Made by a program: the position numbers and the translations under genes | Notes under the pieces: generated by a model | What the model saw: only the letters and a program-made list of their open reading frames with translations | Databases searched by the model: none | What the model was told of the DNA's origin: nothing | From: Balanoglossus misakiensis | Taxonomy: Eukaryota > Animalia > Hemichordata | Assembly: GCA_040954595.2 (NCBI GenBank) | Contig: CM082582.2 | Location: forward strand, 7,690,063-7,754,062 | Length of the DNA stretch: 64,000 bases | Reading direction: 5' to 3' | Part shown: in pieces, positions 21,882 through 33,404 of the stretch | Layout of the letters: each line of letters begins with the position of its first letter | Position numbering within the stretch: position 1 is the first letter of the stretch

Positions 21882-24800
21882 TTAGAAGTAATACTTATAA
21901 AGTAAAACCAATCCTACGACTACTGTGACACCTATACCAACGTATTGTAATAAAGACCTTTGTTTTTTCCAGGATTCACTGTCCCGTTGTTTTTTCCTCA
22001 TTTTGGCCAATTTTTCCTCCATGCTGTGTTTCCTCTCTACCCGTTTTCTCTTCCTGACTTCCTGATCCCTGTAAAAGTACAAATAATCAAGTGAGAGAAA
22101 GAAAAGTAAAGCCATTGATCCCTCCCCACAATGCATCCGGCCTCTCGCCCTGTGAAACTTATCCAGTGTGCTGTAACAATGTCACCTCTAAATGGAAATA
22201 AAGAAAACAGTTATCTGCAGTCAGTGAAGTCTGACTTTTGAAAACTGTAGTGTAGCATTAGAAGACCGTGACACTGAACAACAAGTCTGCCATGATTTAT
22301 GTACTGACAGACTGGCTGAAACGATTAATACACACCATGAGCTGGCTTCAATTTCAAAGCCATGTATAATATACCTCATCCTGGCATCATCTTCCTCTGC
22401 TTTGACATGCTCGTTTATTATTTCATCCTTTATTTTTTCTGTTTCTGTTTTTTCGGGACTATTGCTGGTGACAGATTGCTGCTGATCCGCAAATTCCTGA
22501 CTGCGCGACTTTTTGGGCGGGATTGGTGGCGGTACCTCTGGTAACCTCTTGTCAATGCCATCAATATCCTGAAGACGAAAAAAAAACACAGAAATTTCAC
22601 GAGACTGCAAATCATAATTTAGCCACCCTGCCCCCAAAAGAGGGGTATACTACATGCATATGTTGTTCTGACATGAATGGTCAAACTGCTCCGATGATCA
22701 AAACTTTAATCAGATCAGCAGGATGACGTAAATGGCCAAAGGGCAACCAAACGTTGACCCAGTTTCAGAAAACTACCCCTAGGCATTTCTGTTTGCATTT
22801 TGACCAAGTTTCGATCCTGCCAGGACCGGTTGCAAAAGCTCCCACTGTTGCCCTTGACAACACTTGACCTCTTGAACAGGAAGTATGTACAGTTCAATAA
22901 ACAAGTGAAACTTAACAATGTGACTGAACTACAACTGTCAAAATTATAATGGTGAAATACTTGAATAAGTAATGAGTTGGAATTTATCTCTACAAAACTT
23001 AACCCCAATAACTCAATGCACCCGAACTATTACTGTGTAAACATTTGTGTATCAAAATATCAAAGTATAAGCAATGTACTTTGTACTCTCTTGTACTTTG
23101 TTTATTTAAACATCATCTTTCCGGTTGAAATCAGGAATGTTGCTGCTCACATTTCTTTCACTTTGAGGAATCTTTTTGGAACCCCTGTGACGTACACAAC
23201 AATGATGTCAGACTTGTTGAATCGACTGCATAATTATGAACCCTGGCGGAGAATTGGGGAACACTGCACTGGCTAAGCTAAGCAGCCACTGATTTGAAAG
23301 TCCATTTCTGCTTACCGTGTCTGAGGGGAGCTCCAGTCTCCCGTTCTTCAAAATTCTCTTAGCACCTTCAATGATCGCAATATAGGAGAAGCGCAGCTGG
23401 TCCGGCGTCTGAATCAAGCCCATCCTGTATCTCCTCATGTCGAGAAGGATGGTGACGAGGTCTATGCAGTTCATGTCTCCACTCTTCTCAACCTGAAATG
23501 AGAAGTGTCGACGGCAATTTTACTGGAAGTTGATATCACAGTTGGGCTAGGGAGTTCCTCTATAAAATGCATGTTGCATGTGTCCACCAGAGGCCAAGCA
23601 GGAATGTCAATTATGAGTGATGCTATTGACAATTTGGAAGTGGATTATACAGTTTTTGCCCTTTTTAGTCAAAGTTGTCACAACATATTATGAGTGAACG
23701 CTGTATCAGCTAAATAGTTCCAGTCAGGTCATCATAAACACACGCACATTTGTACATACACACACACACATGATAGATAATGACAACATGGACTTACCAG
23801 AAGCAGACATGTATCGGCCAGACAGAACATACCCGATCTGCCGATACCAGCACTGCAGTGTATAACTGCGGGGCCTACGTCATCATCTAGCGAGCCTGAC
23901 TGCCTCACAGCGGCTAGGAAATTCAAAAAAGCTGCCGGCGACTGTGGGAGTCCAAAATCTGGCCATGTCGTGTAGTGAAAATGGTACACTTCGCGTGTCT
24001 CCCCAGTCTGTCGGACACAACAAATTCAAGTGTAAGTTACAACATAAATGGTACAGAATTTCCCAGTCAATGAAACTGACACCAATGCACATCAGAACTT
24101 AAACTCACACTCGTATCTTCAATTTGTATCGTGCGGACAGTGTAGTATGATTTGACGTCTTCGTCCAACAATGCTACCCTGATTTGTTCATCTTCGAAGG
24201 TCATGATACCTTCGTCCGGGCTGTCTTCACCCAGCGGCCAATACTGGGCACATTTTATCTGCACGCAGAAGAGACAGTACACGTAAGCAGTGTTTCGCGT
24301 AGTTTAGGAACAGATGCATACATGTACACATATGGAAATTACAAGGCATACATCCATCTATCTTAAAGGGACAATGTCTCTCTTCTGCTGCCCTTTTCCA
24401 TTAATTATGTTTGATACAAGACACTGTTCATGTTATTCTACATGTGGATATATAATGAATGAACGTTCGACCACACGCAACTTCCATTCCGTTTGTAGGA
24501 TATGAGAGTAAAAATCTCGCCAAAATGAATAAATGGTAAAGACCGATTATTCATTTTGGCGAGTTTTTCACTCTCGTGTCTACAAGTTGAATGGAAGTTG
24601 TATGTGGTTGAACGTTGTATAACTATATATCCACATGTAGAATAATATAAACGGTGTCTTGTATCAAATGTAATTAATGGGAAAAAGGCAGCAAGAGAGA
24701 GACTTTGTCCCTTTAAATAGTATGCAGAAATTCAAGGGTGATATAGGTGAGTGAGAGCACCTTTCACTCTCAACCACACTGCACACTTACCGAACCCTTT

Positions 24801-27255
24801 TCGATGACCTTATTGAGCATGACCACGGCCCGACTTTTCTGTTCCCACACCATCAGCCAAAAGTGGCCGGAGGTTGTGGGCAACGGTCCCTGCAAAAAGG
24901 GAGAAAAAAAAGCGTGAAACAAAACTGCAATTTCTGGGAAAGAAAATCGCCAAAATTGGAAGAAATAACGTAAGCAAACATTTGCCTGATCCCTTGTGAC
25001 AAAAAGAAGATGTGTTTGCATACAAACCTGAGTGAGGATATATGATCTGTGTGTTTGTGGAGATTCCACTAAACTAGCATTGATGTAATCGTTATCTCCC
25101 CGTTTGAGTCGGACACGTGTGTGGTCATCTGTGAAAAAAATTCACAAAATAAAGTTAAGAGTCCCTTATGGGAAGCCAACTTGATAATTCTAACAACCCA
25201 TGTTTAATAGTCAAAATTGTCATTTTTTTTTCGGAAATGCTGATAGTTAACCCTTTTATTTGTATGGGGAAAGGACAAATGTGATACATCATTTCATGAA
25301 TTATGAATACCTTTTTGATATGTCAAATCATGAATAACAAATGGTTATGATACATGAAATAATGAATTACATGTACAATGTCGAGTAGTGAAATTTGAAT
25401 ATCTCATAATGTGATACTGATATGCTGAATTATGAACTACATTGTATGAATACACCTAATATGTAGAATCATGTTTTACCGAGCTGTTATGTCAAATCAT
25501 GAATTATACTGAATACCTCATTTAATACCTCATACTGAATATGTCAGTGTTCTCCAAAGGAATTTCTGATACGTAAAGTCAATGAATTAGAAACATTGGT
25601 ATATATACTCACATGGACTAACATCTCTGTATCTGTTCCTGGGTCTGTTGTCTGTCCGTTTCGCATCACGAATGCTGTACTCGTAATTTGCAGCTGTCAG
25701 ACGAATTCTCTGCAAAGATATAAAACGTCGCTTATAGGGTCAGTTTCACTGGTTTGTGAGGGATTCTCATACTGATCTCAGACAGAGAGTTTTTTGTAGT
25801 ATTACTTTACGCCATGAATTCTGATTATTGCAGTTTCACCCTGATTTCCTGTTGGACCCAAGGGGTTAATGGTTTAACATGGCCTTTGCTTCCTCTCCTT
25901 TGTGAAAACGATGAAAGACATGATCCCACCAGTACAAGAAAAGTACAGAAACAGTTCCGGAATGGAACCACATCCACAAACGGTACCCTTAAAGGTATAC
26001 GGTCACCTATGGAAAATTAGCAATAGTTACCATGGCAAAATGAGATCTAGCCAATCACCGATTTTCAGTGGGTGGCACACGCGAAAAAAAGAGTGCCACC
26101 ATATGTTCTTTTAGAACGCTCAAATACGCCATTTCAGCCATATATGGGCGTATGTAAATTGGAGGTGACTGTATACCTTTAACCTCTGAGACACAACCCT
26201 TGCTCTAAAATTGCTGCAACTGATGTAGACCCTGGTTCTCAGCAACTATATAAGCTCAACTACAGACTACAAAGCCCGGCATTCTAAACCTCCAATAAAC
26301 ACCCACACACAAAATTAAATACAAAGCAATGTCTACGCAGCAAGGAATACGCCCCCACACTTGGTACCTTCTTTATATTTTACGAACGCCTTTGGTTTAC
26401 GCTTTCACTTCAATTCAAAGGTCACTGATCCTAAACGGTTGGACATAATGTTGTGCTTTTTTACTTCGGTGTCACAAGTGGAGTTTCAACAGAACTGCTA
26501 TTAACCAAACTACCCCTAACCAACTGCAATTGCCAACAGCCTTGCTGCAGTTTTGTAGCCCTGTGACTCCCCAAAACAAAATCGTAAAGGGGAGTCGTAG
26601 GGCTGCAAAGCTGCAGCAACAGCCATGCTAAACATATGGTCAAATCTCTTTCCTCAATGGACATCATCTATGCTACTAAATGTAGAAGTCATGATGTATT
26701 CAGGTTTATAAACAAAAAATGTCAATGTCAACCCTAAAATCTTAGTGTCTCTCCACGGGAGAAGTTATTCAATCTGCAGGAAGTATGTGAACAAAGATAG
26801 GTGCAAACAACTGGCCAGATAAACACCTCATTTCAATGAATATTCATGATTTGCTGGCACACAGCCACCCTAAAAATCTTGACCATAAGGAACAACAGAG
26901 GTGCAGTGCCCCCCGTGTTATGTTAGAGACCAATGTGTCACCTTAATCCTTGGCCCTAACACTTCAAGGGTGCGACATGCAGAATGGACGGTTACGGTTT
27001 GAAAATCGCAGTATCCAGGTCAGCGAAAAATGACCGCATGTACCTTGCCCCGACCCGTCACAAATACGGCCCAGCTCTGTGTCACCGGAAAGCGAAACTT
27101 GGCATATCTCGATCGGCGAAAACAACACGCTGTGTGTTTACAATCATACACGGTTTGAAAACGGTTACACGTTATATTACCATAAAGAGTGAATGCCATC
27201 CATTTACTCTGTCGATTTCTTGAAATTCTTCCTCGATCCCTAGCTCTTCTTCCAT
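21882..27255 (-). CDS. PTPN2: Non-receptor tyrosine phosphatase, PTP1B/TC-PTP (PTPN1/PTPN2) pro-orthologue; ER tail-anchored isoform, 9 coding exons
   Basis: Exons 27255-27181, 25709-25613, 25128-25028, 24889-24791, 24258-24109, 24007-23798, 23492-23316, 22568-22375, 22068-21882. Motifs: [61 protein letters not shown] basic region precedes the hydrophobic tail [20 protein letters not shown]. The symbol is approximate because this is a single pro-orthologue. Confidence 0.92.
24367..24712. mobile_element. TTAA-flanked Kolobok/T2-like fold-back MITE, family A, in PTPN intron 4
   Basis: TTAA|AGGGACAATGTCTCTCTT ... AGAGAGAGACTTTGTCCCT|TTAA; the whole 346 bp is an imperfect palindrome centred near 24535. 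Confidence 0.85.
25993..26178. mobile_element. TTAA-flanked Kolobok/T2-like MITE, family B, in PTPN intron 1
   Basis: TTAA|AGGTATACGGTCACCT ... AGGTGACTGTATACCT|TTAA. Confidence 0.8.
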
Positions 27256-27299
27256 GGTTGTAGAGGACCTATTTAACCAACTACCATCATAATGCGGAA

Positions 27300-27450
27300 G
27301 GGTCCTTTCCTCGTATTAGGCACTGGCGTCGTTCTTGGAAAACCCCATGCGCGCTACAGCGTCGCCTTCATCCACCGGAAGTTGGCATCCCTGACTGACG
27401 TGACCGGTGTTTCGTAGAAGAGGTCATTTGCTGGGTCACGTTCCTGAAGA
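27300..27450 (-). promoter_or_regulatory. CpG-rich promoter of the PTPN gene with ETS and CRE/E-box-like motifs
   Basis: CCGGAAGT at 27375-27382 and TGACGTGA at 27396-27403, just upstream of the ATG at 27255. Confidence 0.5.
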
Positions 27451-27585
27451 CGTTGACTCTGGGAAACGAGTCACTTTTATTTATGAGACAGAAAATTTTA
27501 ATTTTACAAAGCCGAGCAACGGTGTCAGTTAAACTGTAAACGATGTTATCACTTTTTTCCTGATGGATGGAATCCCACGGATGAC

Positions 27586-27602
27586 CCCCGTAGAGGGCGC
27601 AC
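27586..27602 (+). promoter_or_regulatory. CTCF-like motif between the PTPN and EIF2S2 genes
   Basis: CCGTAGAGGGCGC resembles the CTCF core CC(A)SYAGRKGGCRC; a similar CTCTAGGGGGCG lies at 4989-5000. Motif match only. Confidence 0.35.
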
Positions 27603-29455
27603 TTAAAATATATTTACTGCATGCACACATTTTGTGATGACATTGTCGACTTGGGCATTAATATTTGGAGTTTTGCAATGACACGAGGAATTCAATACAC
27701 TACAAGTAGTGTTTTAGACATGCTGAAGCTGATAATCTCAGAAATATATTATATAAGCAGGTTTACAATACTTCTTGATGGGCCAAGGCATGTGACAAAA
27801 CCTGTCATTTTCGCAGACTTAATTGGGAACTTTATATCGAGTAATTCATATATGGGACACTCACTGCACAATTCAACCCATTGGTCCCATTAAACCACCA
27901 ACATAGTTTTGTCCCATCTCGCACACACACACTCGTTTTTGTCATCCACATTTCACTTCTCGCGAAACAACGACAACGACAACAACACCAATTATAATGC
28001 TCAAACTTTTTATTATCGTATGTAAGCATACAATTTACAAGATTATGGTGTTTTTAAAAAATTCAATTCAAATATTCTGCTACAACTGACATATCAACAT
28101 GACAGTGCACCCGGGCCTACAACTTGCTGTGCAGGAACGTTCCTTTGGGCAGGGGGCAATGTAAAAGAATGACACAGTTCTGACAAACAGACTGAACAAA
28201 AAAAATTAAATCACAACTCTGAAGCCTGGACTGCACTGGGAAACCAAGACCTGGTTCACCAAGTGAAATTTACTATTGCTCCAAATAGACAGACAGGTGC
28301 ACATATTTGGAGATTTTACAAGTTCACACGAACCCCATAATATCATTCACAAAACCTGTGTTTTGACCGCTCTAGCAGTCGGGTAATGAAGTTCAAGTCT
28401 ACCCCTGAAAACATCAAAAAAAGAAAGAAACATTGCAGTATAACACCATCTCTTACTTAACTTAACCTCACGTTTATCTATTCACTTGTTACAAGAAATT
28501 ACATATTAAATCTACATACAATCATATCATTTCGTGAAAAGTTAACTTTAGCTGTCAATAAATACAGTTCCATCCAGCTTTCTATATTTTCAAGTGATTC
28601 ACCGAATAAACTGTGCAGAGTTTTCACTGGAGCAGTCTCCTGTCACTTGGTTACCTTCGTAACACCTGCGTGGGAGTGTCTCTAATTAAATAGAGGGTTT
28701 TTTTTGTTCATAGAAAGACAGTACTTTGGGTTCAAAACACACTCTCCTGAACAAGTTTCCTATACTGGCAACATGTGAAAGATTACACTAGCATAAAAAT
28801 GTTACACTTTGTGTAGGTCTGTTGTGTGTTAGGTCCAGCAGCATGGTTAATGATCATATTTTCTCAATATAAATTCAATATTCCCTTCAAAGTAGTCTCA
28901 TGTAAGCTAAATTACTGCCCTGACAATAACTGATGGCCCAGAGTCCCAACATATTTAGAGAAACTGCATCTGCCCACGCAATCAGGTGTCAGTTCAGCTT
29001 AGTGTAATTAGCCCCTCTGTGGCTGTTACAGTGACATTTGTGCATGTCCTGTGGATGACAGAGCTCTCCACTTACCCTAGACACATAATTGTTCTAGGAG
29101 AGCAACCCCCTGGATTTTTCCCTGCCTGGCACTTACCCCAACAATATCTAATGGTGGGTGAGAAATGCATGGGTGGGGAAATGTCCAGGGGGGTAACTGT
29201 CTCCATACCAATTACACTAAGCTGAACCAAATGCTCCTCACATGGGGAAACACTTTCAGCAGTTTTCTTAAATATGCCCGGATTTTGACATATCACCAGT
29301 TACCATCGCAGTACCACGATTTGAATAAGCACAAAAAAACCCTCGTAAGGTATGTGACTCTGGCAATTTCATAGCACTTTAACGGCCAGAACCCTGGGAC
29401 TGTTTTTTTTTATTATAAAAGCTACCGGTGAACAATTGTCGGAGAGGAAGTGTCT

Positions 29456-32400
29456 CTACTTGGTCTTGGCTCTTATCTGCGCTCTCTTGGTTGTAACAGC
29501 CTGGAAACCTGACTTGATGCTTGCCACCGAACACCTGGAATGACACATTTCACACTGAAGGAAAAATATCCTGTTGTCTTTCTGGAGAATGGTGTCGGGT
29601 GATCTGCACGTGTGACATGTTACATACTCCTCTGTGGAGAGAGAAAAAAACAGAGTTTCAGAAATATTGCAAATTATGTTACAGGGAGACACTTCACTAA
29701 AAACTGGAGTAAACGCGTATCAAACACATTTTCCAGCCCCTTTCTCATAAAACCATATGTTAACAGAACCTCTACAATTTGGTGTCCGGTTTAGACTGTG
29801 CTTTCATCTGAATTGCATATAAACAGTGAGATATCTGTTTGAACAAAGCAATAAAAACACATACATGATTAATAACTAGATTTACAGGACTTGCACAAGA
29901 TTTAATTGGAGGAAAAATTTCACTTACTTATATAACGCCTGAGGACATTCTCAATCTGTTTCTGCTGAAATCTACCCTTGATAATAAGTTGGTTATTGCC
30001 ATCAATTGAACCGCTGGTACCCAACTCAGCAAGCAAGAAAGCTAGTAAATGATTGGGTTGACGATGCAGCCTGCAGGTGGATGAAAAAAGTCATCAGCAA
30101 ATTAAATATCGTTGATCGACATCTTGTGGTGCAAGATTGAAGTGGAATCATAACATTCTGAAACCAACTATTCTGACAAGACCTACAAAGCTGCCTGTCA
30201 GAGGGGTGATTTTTCTTTTCAATTTTTGGCATAGCAGCACAGAAGAGAACACACACACACACTTACATTTTACAAATGTCAGCAAAATTCACAAACGACG
30301 ATTTCTTCGCGCCAACCCTGACAACTTGCGGAGGTCTCATGACAAATCTCTTCTTTTCGCCCGACACCATATCGGGATTTTTGGCTCTCATTATGTCGAA
30401 GACTCTGGTGAGGAGCTGGAAATGAGAAAGTCGTTATTGGCCAGAACTGTTTTAGAGATCCAGGAAACACACTCAGTCACATATCTTTCCCATCAGAGAA
30501 TGTATAAAAAATTCAGGCAGTACATTATAGACAGAGATACATGTACTGATTAACATAATATATTTTCATATGTCGTGTAGTGTGTCATATTAAGTTCCAG
30601 AGTGGACTACACCAATGGTATATGTCATGGTCGACACTAACGCCAGCAAAGCATTAAATGCTGGAAAACTCTATAAGTTTGCTTACCTCGTCATATGTGT
30701 AATCTCTCTCTGATCCTGCCCACGATGTACTGTCTTTTGGTCTGTCTGAAAATCAACAATGAGAAAGTGAATATGAATTTTCTGTCACGCCACATCCTAC
30801 ACTCTCGCTAGATACATAGCTACATACTGGAGTAACAAATTCAGCAGACGTACCATCTTTTTCATCTTCCTCGTTTTCGTTTTCATTTTCCTTGGAGTCG
30901 TCATCCAGCACCGGTCTCCTTTTCTTCTTCTTCTTCTTCGACGACGTGAAGTCAAAGTCTGCATCGATGTCGTTGTCCAGGGAGGAAATTTTGGTATGTT
31001 CACCGTCTCTCTCCCCATCTTTGTTCTCGGCGTCCTGAACAACAACCATGATCAAAGAACGGTGCATAAAAATATCACCAACAAGCAGTGTAGTAGCTGA
31101 CAAAGGAAAGGGCTGGTGTGCTTACTGCTAATGAACAACTCAAGTGCCTTGCTAATACTACCCTGCTGTCTTTTTATACAAGTTTCTGATGCAACTTTTG
31201 CTGTGGATGATGAAACTCACCATACCATTACAAAGGTAATCTAATCCCCTTTTATAGAGTATTTATGTGTTATAAAGTTGAATCAGGATTCTGTTTTGTT
31301 TTTTTCATTCCCATTAATTACTTCCCTGGTGAAATAAAGGCATATTACTTACAGGTAAAGCTTCTTCCATTCCATCCATATCAAAATGTTTCTTTTTCTT
31401 CTTTTTCTTTTTCCCACCAAATTCAAGGTCAAGCGTATCTACAGATAAGGACAGGGTTCATTTTTAATACACATCTCTTCACAATCAATATTTTGATTTA
31501 ATATATCACACGTAATTTTAATCCAATACACATCCATACCTGATTACCCTAAAATATACAATTTTAGATTAACTGTCTCACCATCTACGACTTTTTCTTC
31601 TGGAACTACAATTTCTTCTTTTGTTTCTGTTGAATTCTCATATTCTGGTGGTGCTGGCGTTTCTGTGGGTTCTGTAGTAGATTCCCCAGTGAGGGCTGCC
31701 TCCATGTCAAATGGAGTCTTCTTTTTCTTCTTCTTTTTCTTCATGGTTGGATCAAATATCTAGAGAGGAAATGGAATTGACAGATAGCAAATGTAGACAC
31801 ATTATTGCTGAGTCATTCTTATTTATGTCTTCATGATGACAAGTACCGTTTAAACTGGTTGATTTATTGCATAATCTATTCATCATAAATGGTCAAGTGC
31901 AATAAAGTCCAAAGCTGGTGTTATAGGTTATAGGTTTGCATCACATGACGTTGATTCGTTGGTAGCACCGACACAAGATTTGTTGGCTAGTAAAATGTAC
32001 TTTACAGTACTGTTGTTCACGTGAACAATAGACCATGCGAACAATATGAATTGTAACATAGTCTAAAGCCTGGGTGAGAAGAATTGGAAATCACATGTGG
32101 TAAGATGTGTGAAGGGATGAGGGACAACGACTGAACTACTACAGAGACTTTCTCGATGATAAGGATTAATCTTTCTGACAGAGGTCAATGTCGTCCGGCT
32201 GACCTTTTGCCCGAAAATGGTTAGTGTGCGTCGTTGTCAATTGCAATCTCAGCAGCAACAGCTGGTACATAGTGACTATGTACATGTTGTACTACGTGAT
32301 TCCCTGAACGGTACGGACCCATTGATGTTGCGTTTTACGACAAAGCGTTGAGACGCCCAACCTTTCCGAGTCTAAGATCGCGTCACTAGCACGGTATTAA

Positions 32401-32604
32401 CACTCTGATCTCTGCGAATTAATATAACTCACGGAAGGTAAACTTTATAAACCCTGCTTTTTTGTGTGAAACACACGCCAAAATATCTCAACAAGGGTGT
32501 CCAATCAAATGACGTAAAACGGCATAACGCGTGGTAGACATGTTGAAATCGGACCCGGTCAATGTCTGCCAAGAAATTCCACTTACCGCGTCATCTTCAG
32601 CCAT
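29456..32604 (-). CDS. EIF2S2: Eukaryotic translation initiation factor 2 subunit beta, 8 coding exons
   Basis: Exons 32604-32587, 31759-31582, 31438-31353, 31034-30854, 30745-30687, 30415-30267, 30070-29928, 29631-29456. Three poly-lysine boxes, [24 protein letters not shown] and the C4 zinc finger CHTCRSPDT...CEMC are present. Confidence 0.96.
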
Positions 32605-32753
32605 GATGAACGTTTACACGGTTTCTCTTAACTCTAACAACAACGAAACAATGTGTTGGGATTGAATACGATCAAAACTTCGTCTTATATCGCTGTTTAC
32701 TTGTAGTGGCACCAGTGCACTAATCTTGCATCACCCTACACACACGACGGTAG

Positions 32754-32761
32754 TGACGTCA
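32754..32761. promoter_or_regulatory. Palindromic CRE in the EIF2S2 promoter
   Basis: TGACGTCA about 150 bp upstream of the EIF2S2 ATG. Confidence 0.45.
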
Positions 32762-33034
32762 CTGAGCATGCCTTCCTGCATTGCGCAGGTGTTGGACCCT
32801 GTTGCGGTCGAAGGTATCTGTTCATTTGCTCGTTGGCGGCGTTCTCAATGGATTTGGTGACCTGCCTGCTTGAATGATACATATTTGACAGAGTTGCCTT
32901 TCTGAATTACCATTTTCTGTCAATTAACCTATTCGATCGGGAAAAGGAGATTCCTTCAGACATCTGTTCCATCTTGTGTTGCTCTCACGCTTTTAAACTG
33001 CTTACAGACAGACTGACATGCCAAGGACCAGGTG

Positions 33035-33116
33035 CAATAATTGTACCCTCGATGGGCCGGTTTGATCACTCTGATCATGCTCTGATCAAACCAGCCCATC
33101 AAGACTACAATTATTG
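33035..33116 (-). repeat. 34-bp inverted repeat with 14-nt loop (hairpin) between the NOB1 3' end and the EIF2S2 promoter
   Basis: CAATAATTGTACCCTCGATGGGCCGGTTTGATCA / TGATCAAACCAGCCCATCAAGACTACAATTATTG; 30 of 34 positions are Watson-Crick pairs. Confidence 0.85.
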
Positions 33117-33404
33117 AAGCTAACCAGGGACATACACTCCTTCGCCTCCCTCCTGTAATTGTCTTTAAGTTGAGGAGTTACTTTTGTTATTAACAAAGGA
33201 CTGAAAATTAAAAAAAATCAGGAGAGTGTATGGCTTTATATTAATTGACTTTATTACCACAAGTACAGAGATAAGAAAATACTGGATCAAAGGGCCCAGC
33301 ATGCCCACACCAACAAATGTGGGCTATCAAGATATTCAGACATACATACGTGTATTTGTATGTTAATTTAAAAAAAAAGATCGTGCTTCAAAATACAAGT
33401 ATTT

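Noticed and set aside
23110-23190. Possible extra PTPN exon after exon 7 (GFQKDSSK*)
   Set aside because: Weak polypyrimidine tract and no supporting feature.
30100-31900. Possible intronic snoRNAs in EIF2S2 (ATGATGA boxes and short stems near 30170-30200 and 30570-30670)
   Set aside because: No properly spaced box D on the gene strand and no convincing two-hairpin H/ACA layout; snoReport or Infernal would be needed.
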